Shown here in pieces: positions 46,270 to 55,561 of a stretch of 64,000 nucleotides of DNA. Origin of the DNA: a virus. Taxonomy: Duplodnaviria; Caudoviricetes. The notes beneath the pieces were generated by a model. The model saw only the letters and a list, made by a program, of their open reading frames with translations. It was not told where the DNA came from and ran no database searches. Location: positions 938 through 64,937 of IMG/VR virus record IMGVR_UViG_3300033066_002341; one strand, given 5' to 3'. The position numbers and the translations under genes were made by a program. How positions within the stretch are numbered: the stretch's first letter is position 1; the number at the start of each line of letters is the position of its first letter.

Positions 46270-46556
46270 ACGCTTCTGGCTGCCCTCTTCACAGGGAATC
46301 CTTTAGGGGTGGATTGCTTGTGGCGAATCTTGGCCACACCACCCATCGCGAATTCCTGAACCTTACCGCGACGCTTTTTCTCGCCCTTCATATCTCCTTC
46401 ATAGTTAACATGAGGAGCATGTTTCTTTTCCCCAACCATATGTCCCTCGTAAGACGTTTTAGCGTGGGATTCTATGGAACCGCCTTTTTTATGACACTCT
46501 TTATCTTTTTTCATTTCTCTTACCCTCTTCATGGTTGTGATCATCCCAGGCAACAA
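46266..46556 (-). CDS. Small basic protein with xxGG motifs
   Basis: HKKGGSI and FAMGGVA; directly after the portal. Confidence 0.6.
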   Translation of the reverse strand: MLPGMITTMKRVREMKKDKECHKKGGSIESHAKTSYEGHMVGEKKHAPHVNYEGDMKGEKKRRGKVQEFAMGGVAKIRHKQSTPKGFPVKRAARSV

Positions 46557-46571
46557 ATATTTCCTTATTGC

Positions 46572-48950
46572 CTAGTCCTGGGAACGCTTCCCAAAATCCT
46601 GTCGCACATGTTCTCTCTGCTTTTCCTGCAATTTCATTTCCTGAATCTCTAAATCCGTTTCGTGCTTCTCGTCCGCCATCTCCTGGGCGATACGCTGTTT
46701 GTTCTTTTCCGACTCAAACTGAAGCTGTGCCTTAAAGGCTTCCGTCTCGGCCTTCAATTGCGCCTCTTGATGCTTCAATTGAGCCGCCTTCTCCCGCTGC
46801 TGAATATCCATCATCATGACCTGTTGAGGATCGACAGTTTGACGCTTGATCTCTTCTGCCTCAGCCATTTGCTGCTGTTGTGTGACTTGCGCCGCTTGCA
46901 ACGCGATCTGGTTCTGGATTTCAGGATTGGTCAATTCTTCCAAAGACGGCATTTGTTGACCCATCGCCAACTGCATCTTGATGGCATAGTCATAAGCCCG
47001 ATGGACGAAGATATGCGCCATAATCTCCGCTTGCTTGTCGGGATTCTGGTGTGAAAATTGGGTATGCACCAAAATATGAGACGGATGATCCTGCCACACG
47101 GCAGCCGTCACAGGCTTACCCTCAAGGATGTTCATATTCTCTGTAATGGGGTCGAGGGGAATGGCTTCCTGATCGGAGGGGAGAATCTCGTCAATGTTAT
47201 CGACCCGCATGGATTGATAAGTGCGGCGAATGACATTCTTCATGTTGTGAAGCTGAGGCCACCGCTCGGCAATCTGCATCACCGCCTGCGCCGTTAACGT
47301 GCGCTGCGTGGACGTGGATAACACAGGATCGGAAACAGGAATGATTTTGATCCTGTCGTTAAAGTCCTGCCGCATAATAGAAATTTGCTTGCCAGGCACT
47401 AGGAAAGGATAGGGCGTATCAGGTAAATACTTGCCGAAAAGGTTATACAAGAGTTTAAGCTCTCGTCCTAACGACACATGAAAAGATCGAAGAACAGTAG
47501 AAATAACGCGGTTGGAAACTTCTAAACTGGCTAAAATTGTCCCCACGGCCACATCAGCTTTATTTTCTGCCACCTGAGTCTCAGCCGTCGATGCAAGATT
47601 TTGAGTTTGTTGGACAATTTCATTACGAAGCTCCTTTAAAACAACCGAAGGTTCAGAATAAGGCATCGGCATAATCGCTTGCTGAAGAGGCAAGCCGCCC
47701 GTATCCACTTCCAGAAATTCGCTGGGGCCAATGTTTTTGTCATTGCTCTCCAGCTTCAGCCCTTTAGCCCTTAATCCCCCTGGAAAATTACATAACGTCC
47801 CCTTGTCCACCAACTGGCGCAACAAGGATGTCAAAACAACGGAATTAGAACCGAGAAGAGACGCAAGACCAATGCCGTATAGCCCGAATCCTGGCAAATA
47901 ATTATACTGCACAAAGTATTGAATGCGTTTGTAGTCAGGATCGCCCTCTTCCCAATTGCGCCGAATGCTGAGAATTTGTCGCGTATTCTCGCAAATAGTC
48001 ACGATATAGGGCAACGGCAACTGAACGTCCTTGTCTTTGCTTTCAAAAACATCCATGCCCTCTAAAGACAAATCGCAATGTACTTCGTAAAAGGTAAACA
48101 AAGAAGGCTTATCACCTTTCTTATCAGGCTTGACACCTTCCATTTGCTGCACTGTCTTGGTCAAAGAAGAGTCATCTCCTTCGCTATCGGTCAAAAAGGG
48201 CAAGTCGATATCCCGATAAAAACCGCTGAGTTGGCGCAACAGGATTTCGCGCTTACTCAAGCGTAATTCATGGGTCAGCCTGTTGGAACTGAGAAGGCTC
48301 ACGCAATTATTATTGACGATAAAGTATTGGGGATCGATAAAACGTGCCACAGGCTGCTTTAAAACGGGGTCTTGATAAACTTTTCTGAACCCACACCCGA
48401 TCATGGTGGTATACAAAAGAAGACGCTCGGAATCGGGATAATATTCCTCGTCATAGTCTGTGAGATAATAATTCATCCACTCCTTGACGCGATCACCCTG
48501 ATCTTCCAGGGCTTCGTTACTTTCCCCTGCTATTTTGCTTGTGACAGGGCCAGCCGCAGGAAACAATTCCGCCCGCGCTGTAGAATAACTCCGTAAAAGA
48601 GCCGTGGATAAAGTGGTATCGAACGCCCTGCACGCTTGCAAAAAAGGGACTTCCTTAGCTTCTTCCAGCTTGAACCCTAAATACTTCAAGCCCTTTTCAT
48701 TGGCCTGCTCCCATTCAGCGCGAGAACTTTTATCCTCTTCGATGCCCTCTAAAAGCTCGGACGCGATCCTGCCGAGATGCATCTCTTCCATATGCTCGGC
48801 CAGATTTTCGTAAAAGTCCCTTTCTTCCTGCTCTTGCGTGTCTTCAGGCGCAAGCAATTCTTCCCCTTCTTCCTCAGCAGAAGGAAGGACAAGTTGTCCC
48901 ATTTCTTCGGACAACTGAGGAAGCATATCTGAGTTTGAAAGATCGTCCAC
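46572..48950 (-). CDS. Portal protein (P22-like)
   Basis: 792 aa; GCGFRKVYQD, YLPGFGLYGIGL, LLRQLVDKGTLCNFPGG and a Gln-rich coiled-coil tail; GTG start. Confidence 0.88.
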   Translation of the reverse strand: MDDLSNSDMLPQLSEEMGQLVLPSAEEEGEELLAPEDTQEQEERDFYENLAEHMEEMHLGRIASELLEGIEEDKSSRAEWEQANEKGLKYLGFKLEEAKEVPFLQACRAFDTTLSTALLRSYSTARAELFPAAGPVTSKIAGESNEALEDQGDRVKEWMNYYLTDYDEEYYPDSERLLLYTTMIGCGFRKVYQDPVLKQPVARFIDPQYFIVNNNCVSLLSSNRLTHELRLSKREILLRQLSGFYRDIDLPFLTDSEGDDSSLTKTVQQMEGVKPDKKGDKPSLFTFYEVHCDLSLEGMDVFESKDKDVQLPLPYIVTICENTRQILSIRRNWEEGDPDYKRIQYFVQYNYLPGFGLYGIGLASLLGSNSVVLTSLLRQLVDKGTLCNFPGGLRAKGLKLESNDKNIGPSEFLEVDTGGLPLQQAIMPMPYSEPSVVLKELRNEIVQQTQNLASTAETQVAENKADVAVGTILASLEVSNRVISTVLRSFHVSLGRELKLLYNLFGKYLPDTPYPFLVPGKQISIMRQDFNDRIKIIPVSDPVLSTSTQRTLTAQAVMQIAERWPQLHNMKNVIRRTYQSMRVDNIDEILPSDQEAIPLDPITENMNILEGKPVTAAVWQDHPSHILVHTQFSHQNPDKQAEIMAHIFVHRAYDYAIKMQLAMGQQMPSLEELTNPEIQNQIALQAAQVTQQQQMAEAEEIKRQTVDPQQVMMMDIQQREKAAQLKHQEAQLKAETEAFKAQLQFESEKNKQRIAQEMADEKHETDLEIQEMKLQEKQREHVRQDFGKRSQD

Positions 48951-49092
48951 TTTTAAAATTGAACTTTACATAAAAATATATTGAATAAATAATAATGGTT
49001 AATTATACTTCCTTAAAACAATTGTTTAAACTATAAATGAATATTATATTCATTTTTAAATAATTATTACTTATTTTAAATAAGGAGAGAGA

Positions 49093-49389
49093 ATGACCCT
49101 CGGTGAATTTATAAGATTCAAGCGGTTTGAAAAGCGCATTACGCAATCCGCCCTAGCCCAAAAAGCGCAAATGCGGCAATATGAAATATGCTTATTGGAA
49201 CGCTACAACTATCCCATTCCTTCTAGTGGCAAACTTGCTTTGATTGCGACAGAATTTGGCGTTAACCCAGATATCTTCTTTTTAATGGCGGGAAAGTCTC
49301 CCACAAAAATACAAGAGTGGTTACTTTCTGATCCCGATAGAAACGGCGAGAAGTGCTTAAAGTTTCTGACAATAGTTGAAGCTCGTTAA
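49093..49389 (+). CDS. XRE-family HTH regulator
   Basis: LGEFIRFKRFEKRITQSALAQKAQMRQYEICLLER...KLALIATEFGVNPD. Confidence 0.8.
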   Translation: MTLGEFIRFKRFEKRITQSALAQKAQMRQYEICLLERYNYPIPSSGKLALIATEFGVNPDIFFLMAGKSPTKIQEWLLSDPDRNGEKCLKFLTIVEAR

Positions 49390-49564
49390 AGGAAATATGA
49401 ATTGGAATTGATTTTACTTGCCCTTATGATTGCCATTTTTGCTTTTACTGTTATTTATGTTTGGCGTGATGATGATTAACGAACGTAATGGGGCAAAGTC
49501 GTTATTAAAGGATACAGTAACTAACGTTAATAACGTCTTTCGTTAGTAAAGGGAGAATCAATAT

Positions 49565-49639
49565 TGGCTCCTTGAGTTGGGATCGAACCAACGACCTAAC
49601 GCTTAACAGGCGTTTGCTCTACCTCTGAGCTACCAAGGA
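49565..49639 (-). tRNA. tRNA-Asn (GTT) with encoded CCA
   Basis: TCCTTGG..TAGCTCAGAGGTAGAGC..GCCTGTTAAGCG..GTTGGTTCGATCCCAAC TCAAGGA G CCA folds into a canonical 75-nt cloverleaf. Confidence 0.93.
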
Positions 49640-49658
49640 AAATGATTCAATCATATCA

Positions 49659-50204
49659 TTACTCACCCTTCGTGATGTAATTGTAAAAGCGATTAGCTGC
49701 ATTAAACATCAATCTTTCTCGATCTACGCTATTATTACATCCCATGTTATCAATTTCTTGAACAGCAAGCTCAAGAGCTTTTATTCTTAATTCTTGTTCG
49801 CGTTCATTAGTATATCTCTTTTTAAAATACTCATCGTCAAGAATATCTAGGTCAGTTAAATCGGTTAACCCAGAGCTAACATTTAACACTATTTCTTTTT
49901 GTTGATTTTCGGAAGCAGAAATATTTTCCCTTACTAAAGAAGATGTCTCATTATGCCTAATCTCGACCTTAGAGCTAAGCTCTTGTTTTTTCTCTTTATA
50001 ATAATCATTTACCTTTGATTCAAGCTGCACCAACATATCTACAATAGAAAATACACCAAGTTGAGAAAAGTATTGGCGATGTAAAATTACTTTAATTTTC
50101 GTGACAGAGTGAATCAAAAATATTTGATCATTGTCATAACCTTCTTCAACACTAACATTTTTAAGACTAAATATTTCCGTATTGTTTATAATTAAACTTT
50201 CCAT
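49659..50204 (-). CDS. AT-rich hypothetical protein
   Basis: 181-aa ORF coupled to the upstream small ORF. Confidence 0.7.
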   Translation of the reverse strand: MESLIINNTEIFSLKNVSVEEGYDNDQIFLIHSVTKIKVILHRQYFSQLGVFSIVDMLVQLESKVNDYYKEKKQELSSKVEIRHNETSSLVRENISASENQQKEIVLNVSSGLTDLTDLDILDDEYFKKRYTNEREQELRIKALELAVQEIDNMGCNNSVDRERLMFNAANRFYNYITKGE

Positions 50205-50404
50205 CCGTTCTCTCTATCATCTACTGATAAGGTTAACCCCTCTCGATTCCATATGAGCATAACATCGACCGCATTTGATCGACTAAGCCATTCAATTAAT
50301 GAATCCCTCTTTATTGTTGCAGGGAAATCAGGATAGCCATGCGAAAAACACGGAAATATAATCTCATTAATTTTCCCTAGAGAAAAAGCTAGCGACTCGT
50401 TCAT
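50192..50404 (-). CDS. Small hypothetical protein
   Basis: 70 aa with a GAGAGG RBS. Confidence 0.6.
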   Translation of the reverse strand: MNESLAFSLGKINEIIFPCFSHGYPDFPATIKRDSLIEWLSRSNAVDVMLIWNREGLTLSVDDRENGWKV

Positions 50405-50423
50405 AAAATTCCTCTCATTTTAA

Positions 50424-50507
50424 AAAAGCGACAGGATTTTCACCTGCAATGTCATCCACGCCGAGAACCCCCGACCAAAAGATGCTGTTTTATTAAACTA
50501 CGCCTTT
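50424..50507 (-). ncRNA. tRNA-like element with expanded anticodon arm (degenerate tRNA or mimic)
   Basis: Acceptor AAAGGCG/CGCTTTT, U8A9, D-stem GTTT/AAAC, CATC/GATG stem with a 24-nt loop, T-arm GCAGG-TGAAAAT-CCTGT. Confidence 0.5.
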
Positions 50508-50762
50508 TTAGATAGTTACTGAATTACATGGAACCAATAGATTTAATTCCATGCACAAACAGAATAAAATTATTTAAAATAATAAATCAACCGTAAAATT
50601 TTCTTTGGACTGAAGACAAAAGCAGAAGATGTTAAATCCAATTTATTCTTTTGTTCAATGTTAAGGAAAAAAACTAAGGCTCTTGTACATTGAAAATAAA
50701 GGAATTCTTCTTGAAAAATGTTAAATCTTTTTTTTTGATCTTGTTAAATCTTGAAAAAATAA

Positions 50763-52415
50763 TCAACCATAAAATTTCTTCTCGATGGGATGATACGACT
50801 CAGCCTCTTCATCCGCAGGATGGGTAATCCACCCACCGTCTTTGAGGCGTATTAACGTTTGCGTCATGGTGTCAACTAGGTCTCGCGTACCTGTGCCGTC
50901 AGCAGCAAAGATCGCGGCGTCTTCAATGAAAATTTCTGCGAAGGAACGCAATTTTGTATACTCAGGGGGCTTGGCAGGCATCCATACACGACCCCCCTCG
51001 ATAAGATGGGTGACAAGCCTGACCCGCTGCACCTTATCGCCATACTTGTTGGGATTAAACCGAAAGGCGTTAACGCCTGCCCGCATCATCTCCTGCACAA
51101 GCGAAATGCCAGATACCTTAGCCTCGATCAACACAGTATCAGGAACATGTCGACCATCAGGTTTAAGTTCTTCATCTCCCATATCCCTGTAATCTTTGTA
51201 AAGTCTTTGCGCGCGCGTTCGCAAGTCAGGGTATTCCACCTTTCCGCGCCACGAACTAAGCAAAATAACATTCATGGCGCCATTATGCTCAAAGACGCCC
51301 CAGGTGGTACAGGCTGAATAAGCATTCTTGTCATTCGCCTCTAAAGCCGTATCCCACGACTGGATAATATGCTTGCAAGGCGGAGGTGCCGATTGCTTCC
51401 ACCATCTAAACCAATGCTTCTTGATAATGCCCCCTTCTTCGGGAGCAGGACGTTGCTGGTATTGCCCCGCATAACCATACGAACCTAAATCAGCTTTATA
51501 TCGCTTGACTTCTTTCATGCTGAAACGATCAGGACAGAGGAGGTCGCCCTCTTCCTTGCGAGGGTCTTGCCAAACTTTTCCTTTTGTCGAAGGTAAAATA
51601 ATGGTTGTCGCTCTTCGGCTCGATTCAAACTCCATAGGCAAAATAAGGCGCACCCATTCGTTACCATCATCCCCAGACATGACATAACCTGACACGTCTT
51701 GCTGATGCAAACGTTGCTGTACAACAATTTTAACGTCTTGTTTGGGGTCATTGAGACGGGTTGACCATACTTGCGACCACCATGAATTAGTCCCATCTCG
51801 TTTAAGCTCAGATTCGCCATCTTTGGCATTGTTCGGGTCATCACACACAAGGATATTGCCCCCGCGACCCGTTGCCGATGCGCCCACAGACGTTGAAATA
51901 CGATACCCTCCTGCCGTATTCTCGAAATAGCTTTTAGCGTTTTGATCGGCTGCCAACTGGTAAAGATATCCCCACCTGGATTGATACCATGAAGATTCGA
52001 TGAGTCGCCGACACTTTAAGGAATGTTCCAATGCCAACGATGCAGCATAAGACGCATACATAAACTTTTGCGTTGGGTCTTGCAGCCATACCCACGCGGG
52101 GAAAGCCACCGAGATGAGAGACGTTTTAGACGAACGAGGCGGGATATGGATAAGAAGGTTTTTAATCTCACGGCGGTAACATGCTTCCAAATGCTCCGCA
52201 ATCGCTTGAATATGCCATCCCGAAATAAACGGCACACCGCCCTCAATGGATGTCCAACCTTGCTTGAGGAATTCATGCAAGGATTCTTGAGCTTCCATAA
52301 TTTCAAGGAGTTGCTGCGCTGCTTCCTTTTGTTCAGGCGTGTAGTTAGGAGTTGATAATGGCAAGTAATTCTTCTTTTGTTTTCTCGCAACCTTCTGCGT
52401 TTGTGCGATCATCAA
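50763..52415 (-). CDS. terL: Terminase large subunit
   Basis: IPPRSSKT Walker A variant, LVCDDP Walker B, QQRP, SWDTA, IEAKVSG, DLVDTMTQ nuclease motifs. Confidence 0.93.
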   Translation of the reverse strand: MMIAQTQKVARKQKKNYLPLSTPNYTPEQKEAAQQLLEIMEAQESLHEFLKQGWTSIEGGVPFISGWHIQAIAEHLEACYRREIKNLLIHIPPRSSKTSLISVAFPAWVWLQDPTQKFMYASYAASLALEHSLKCRRLIESSWYQSRWGYLYQLAADQNAKSYFENTAGGYRISTSVGASATGRGGNILVCDDPNNAKDGESELKRDGTNSWWSQVWSTRLNDPKQDVKIVVQQRLHQQDVSGYVMSGDDGNEWVRLILPMEFESSRRATTIILPSTKGKVWQDPRKEEGDLLCPDRFSMKEVKRYKADLGSYGYAGQYQQRPAPEEGGIIKKHWFRWWKQSAPPPCKHIIQSWDTALEANDKNAYSACTTWGVFEHNGAMNVILLSSWRGKVEYPDLRTRAQRLYKDYRDMGDEELKPDGRHVPDTVLIEAKVSGISLVQEMMRAGVNAFRFNPNKYGDKVQRVRLVTHLIEGGRVWMPAKPPEYTKLRSFAEIFIEDAAIFAADGTGTRDLVDTMTQTLIRLKDGGWITHPADEEAESYHPIEKKFYG

Positions 52416-52635
52416 TCACATGAGTTGACGGAATTTTGGGTAAGTTAAAATCAAAGATGAGAGAAATTGCGCGCATGTTTTTATTCTTTGCCATGTCAAA
52501 CAAGGTATTCACAATATCAGGCCATTCTTTTTCTGTCTTATCAAGAAAATAATTAAGTAGCTTAATCCTTTTAGATACTACGCTACCAGGAGTGCGACCA
52601 TTAGGATTACCGCTTTGTCCTTTTTGAAATGTCAT
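52345..52635 (-). CDS. terS: Terminase small subunit-like (DUF5681 motif)
   Basis: FQKGQSGNPNGR, directly upstream of terL. Confidence 0.75.
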   Translation of the reverse strand: MTFQKGQSGNPNGRTPGSVVSKRIKLLNYFLDKTEKEWPDIVNTLFDMAKNKNMRAISLIFDFNLPKIPSTHVIDDRTNAEGCEKTKEELLAIINS

Positions 52636-52868
52636 AGGTAATTTTCTCTCATATACTTGATGTATCTTGTTTAATCAAGATAAAAATACTTCTTTATCTT
52701 AACAAAGATATATTTTACTGAAAATAAATTAAATATAAAAATCATCATTATTTGAATTATACTATTTTTTATATTTGTTTATGAATAAATTAAATCAAAG
52801 CAGGGCATTCAAGATTTCATATTGACGCCTTGAAAAAGAGAGAGCAATGTTGAGGGTGAAATCGTTGT

Positions 52869-53142
52869 GAGACAAGGGTTACAAGAGCTTCAAGTGTCCC
52901 GCAGATGAGACAATTTAAGGACATTTTTAGGGACACTTTCTTGCCTCTAGCACAATGGTTTGAGAGCATTTTAAGCAACTGTCCCAACTGTCCCAACATT
53001 TGCAGTAAAAGACTAAAGCTTAAAACACACGGGACAGTTGGGACAGTTTAAAAAACACCTTCAACACCTACGGATAGAGCCAAGAAAGTGTCACAAAAAA
53101 CATGGGACACTTGAAGGACACTTGGGACACTTGGGACACTTT
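52869..53142. repeat. GGGACA(C/G)TT iteron-like array with an 18-bp inverted repeat
   Basis: Nine exact GGGACA cores on both strands plus variants, 9-bp period; AACTGTCCCAACTGTCCC (52977-52994) / GGGACAGTTGGGACAGTT (53031-53048). Confidence 0.88.
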
Positions 53143-53304
53143 TATATATACACACACATTTACAACAACATTTACTATATTAATATAGTATGATACTCTA
53201 AAGGGTTTTCATTTTAAAATAAGGAATACTCTTGTTTAAAAATATCTAAAAAAGCAAAAAGCTTGCATGAAATATTTTGTAATAAAATAATTGAAAAAAA
53301 GATA

Positions 53305-53333
53305 TTGACAAGACTGATGCGGATTGATACATT
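53305..53333 (+). promoter_or_regulatory. Sigma70-type early promoter
   Basis: TTGACA-N17-TACATT upstream of the ArdA-like genes. Confidence 0.65.
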
Positions 53334-53409
53334 GAAAGCGTGACAAGATGAACCTAGAGAATTCACCCTGCCACTGACCACAAAATTAACTGAAAGGAAG
53401 TTAAAAATC

Positions 53410-53757
53410 ATGGCTACTCAATTTTATACAGCCCACGACCAACTTACACAAGCGCATAAGGCATTTATTAAAAAGCATGGTGATCTTGGGGTGGCATTAC
53501 TCAAAGAGCATAACTATGACGTAGAGAGAGCCATACAAGCGATGGAAGAGCATTATCAGGGTAAATTCAATAGCAGAGAAGACTTTGCAAAGAGCATTAT
53601 GCAGGAAGTGGCAGATGAATTACCGAAAGAATACAAGTTTGCACGTCACATTCTCAGGGATGCGTCCAATTGGGAACATGTTGCATGGGAGTTATTTCTC
53701 GGTGACTATACCGATATAGAAGTTGGCAATAAAATCCATGTTTTCCGATCATTTTAA
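53410..53757 (+). CDS. ArdA-like antirestriction protein (C-terminal domains)
   Basis: AMEEHYQGKFNSREDFAK...WEHVAWELFLGDY...GNKIHVFRS resembles the ArdA C-terminal half. Confidence 0.7.
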   Translation: MATQFYTAHDQLTQAHKAFIKKHGDLGVALLKEHNYDVERAIQAMEEHYQGKFNSREDFAKSIMQEVADELPKEYKFARHILRDASNWEHVAWELFLGDYTDIEVGNKIHVFRSF

Positions 53758-53773
53758 GAGGGAGGAACACACA

Positions 53774-54001
53774 ATGACTAAAGAAGAATTTATCAAAAAG
53801 TATGATGTACTTGGAAGGGCATTAATCAAAGAATACGGCTTGGAACGTGCTAAAGAAGCGATGAAAAATCATTACTTTGGACAATACGAGTCCAAAGAAG
53901 ACTTTGATAAACATTGGGAAGGGGTTCCTTTGAAATCATTTACCAATAGCCTTATCGCAGTAGAGATTGGCAACAAAGTTCACGTTTTCCAGTCGTTTTA
54001 A
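53774..54001 (+). CDS. Shorter ArdA-like paralogue
   Basis: AMKNHYFGQYESKEDF...EIGNKVHVFQSF; start at MTKEEF after a GGAGG RBS. Confidence 0.6.
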   Translation: MTKEEFIKKYDVLGRALIKEYGLERAKEAMKNHYFGQYESKEDFDKHWEGVPLKSFTNSLIAVEIGNKVHVFQSF

Positions 54002-54018
54002 GAGGGAGGATATACACA

Positions 54019-54381
54019 ATGAAACCTTACATTATTAGCTGGTATATGGGCGATGATAACGAACTACCTCAAGCAAAGAAGCAACAGATTGTAGACTATC
54101 TTATTGCTGATCGTATGAGCAATTACGGATATGACTGGAAGACCTTTAAAAAGATGTCCGCACAACGGAGCAGGCTCAGGGCAATGCTGAGATTGGCAGA
54201 CATTAACAAAGAGAATCACCAATCGCCATTTGGGTTGAATTGGAAGAATCTTGATTTAGGTCGGTTCCACTTTAAAAATGGCGAAGTTACGTACATTGTT
54301 GGTCAATCATCCAATGAAGAAATTACATGCCGTATGCAAGAGCTTGTATCAAAGAACAAGAATTATGGGAGGAACATATGA
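54019..54381 (+). CDS. Early hypothetical protein
   Basis: GGAGG RBS; 120 aa. Confidence 0.7.
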   Translation: MKPYIISWYMGDDNELPQAKKQQIVDYLIADRMSNYGYDWKTFKKMSAQRSRLRAMLRLADINKENHQSPFGLNWKNLDLGRFHFKNGEVTYIVGQSSNEEITCRMQELVSKNKNYGRNI

Positions 54382-54572
54382 TGGACATGGATATTTATAT
54401 CGTTAACTGGTGTCATCCAGAAAAACTGACTCAAGATAATATTGGATATATCGAAACAGATGGACAGTACTTTGGCAGCCACGAAGAAGCCAAAGAGTAC
54501 GCAGAGAAGGAAGTGGCAGCAGGCGATAGACCTTTTAAATACAGAATTGAAGAACTATGGAGGAACATATGA
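54378..54572 (+). CDS. Early small protein (paralogue of 54978-55172)
   Basis: IYIVNW...FGSHEEAKEYAE...YRIEEL. Confidence 0.7.
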   Translation: MMDMDIYIVNWCHPEKLTQDNIGYIETDGQYFGSHEEAKEYAEKEVAAGDRPFKYRIEELWRNI

Positions 54573-54907
54573 TAACTGAAAACGAGCAATATCTCGCTGA
54601 ACAAAGGGCATATCTTCTTCAAACAAAGATGAAGATGTACAGAGCAGCGAAAAGGGTGGACACCGCCACGGAAGTTTACAAATGCAGACGGACTCAATTA
54701 CAGGAGGCATTTGATATTATTAATAATTTGTTCGTTAAGAGCAGAAACGAAGTACCTGATATTGTTAAGAACTTGGTCGCTGAAGCCAAATTCAAAGCCT
54801 ATCAGACTCTCAGAGAAGCAGAAATTGACAGCGGTGAGGCATACACGACCTATCAAGCATTAAGGGAATATGTATCAAGACTTAGCGGGGGAAAGGAGGA
54901 TTGGTAG
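54569..54907 (+). CDS. Early helical protein
   Basis: GGAGG RBS; coupled to the previous gene. Confidence 0.65.
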   Translation: MITENEQYLAEQRAYLLQTKMKMYRAAKRVDTATEVYKCRRTQLQEAFDIINNLFVKSRNEVPDIVKNLVAEAKFKAYQTLREAEIDSGEAYTTYQALREYVSRLSGGKEDW

Positions 54908-54977
54908 ATGAATGGCATTTACGTTATCGTTGATCGCTTTAACTTGGATTTTTATCTTTAAACAGGAGGAATACACA

Positions 54978-55172
54978 ATGAACATCTACATAATTCACTG
55001 GTTCAGTAATGACCCATTTGAAGAAGGAGACGACATAAAGAAATTTTCTGGCTTATACCAATATGCTTTTAAGTCTTATGAAGAGGCAAAAAATACTGCC
55101 AAATTCGCGGAAAAAAATATGGATTATGAATGGTCATATCGAATTGAAGCACTAATTTTAAAGAAGGATTAA
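54978..55172 (+). CDS. Early small protein (paralogue of 54378-54572)
   Basis: IYIIHW...FKSYEEAKNTAK...YRIEAL. Confidence 0.7.
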   Translation: MNIYIIHWFSNDPFEEGDDIKKFSGLYQYAFKSYEEAKNTAKFAEKNMDYEWSYRIEALILKKD

Positions 55173-55175
55173 ACA

Positions 55176-55265
55176 ATGACATTTTGTGAAACATGTATGC
55201 AAGAAGTAGATCAACAGCACGATCAAGCGGAATGCGATCGTAATATTTATTATTATATAAAGTAA
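55176..55265 (+). CDS. 29-aa Cys/His peptide (not in ORF track)
   Basis: MTFCETCMQEVDQQHDQAECDRNIYYYIK with an AAGGA RBS; CxxC..H..C pattern. Confidence 0.4.
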   Translation: MTFCETCMQEVDQQHDQAECDRNIYYYIK

Positions 55266-55279
55266 AAGGAAAATATGAA

Positions 55280-55561
55280 ATGTTCACTAAAGAACAAAAA
55301 GAAGCAATAGAGAGAGAAGCAATAGAAATATCAAACAAAATAAATATAGTTCTAAATATTTATGCGTTATCTCTCCCAATCCGATATGAAACTATTATCA
55401 AGGTATTTGAACAAATAATACACGAAGTAAAATTTGACGATCGATACTACACTCCTCAAGAAAAATTAGATAAATTACAATTTTTAAAAGATGAAATACA
55501 AAAAACTCAAGATAAAATTAAAGAATTATCAAATAAGGAGAATTCTCATGGCATTAACTAA
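55280..55561 (+). CDS. Early hypothetical protein
   Basis: MFTKEQKEAI; similar N-terminus to the next gene. Confidence 0.65.
   Translation: MFTKEQKEAIEREAIEISNKINIVLNIYALSLPIRYETIIKVFEQIIHEVKFDDRYYTPQEKLDKLQFLKDEIQKTQDKIKELSNKENSHGIN

Noticed and set aside
21297-48813. Numerous 60-170-aa ORFs antisense to or nested in virion genes (e.g. 23127-23639, 25030-25533, 44757-45188)
   Set aside because: Shadow frames of long genes with no RBS or recognisable motifs.
21174-48950. Contractile injection system, R-body or gene transfer agent
   Set aside because: No sheath, baseplate or reb genes; the full replication, integration and early modules indicate a phage.
49565-49639. tRNA-Asn as the integration site
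   Set aside because: It lies deep among phage genes, and I found no duplicated 3' fragment in the window.
50585-50780. 17-nt near-duplicate of the terL 3' end (AATCAACC(G/A)TAAAATTT at 50585 and 50761)
   Set aside because: Short, AT-rich, and similarity does not extend upstream; could be chance.
52869-53142. CRISPR array, or ORF 52817-52999 as a real gene
   Set aside because: Repeats are 6-9 bp in both orientations with no unique spacers and no cas genes; the ORF merely reads through the repeats.
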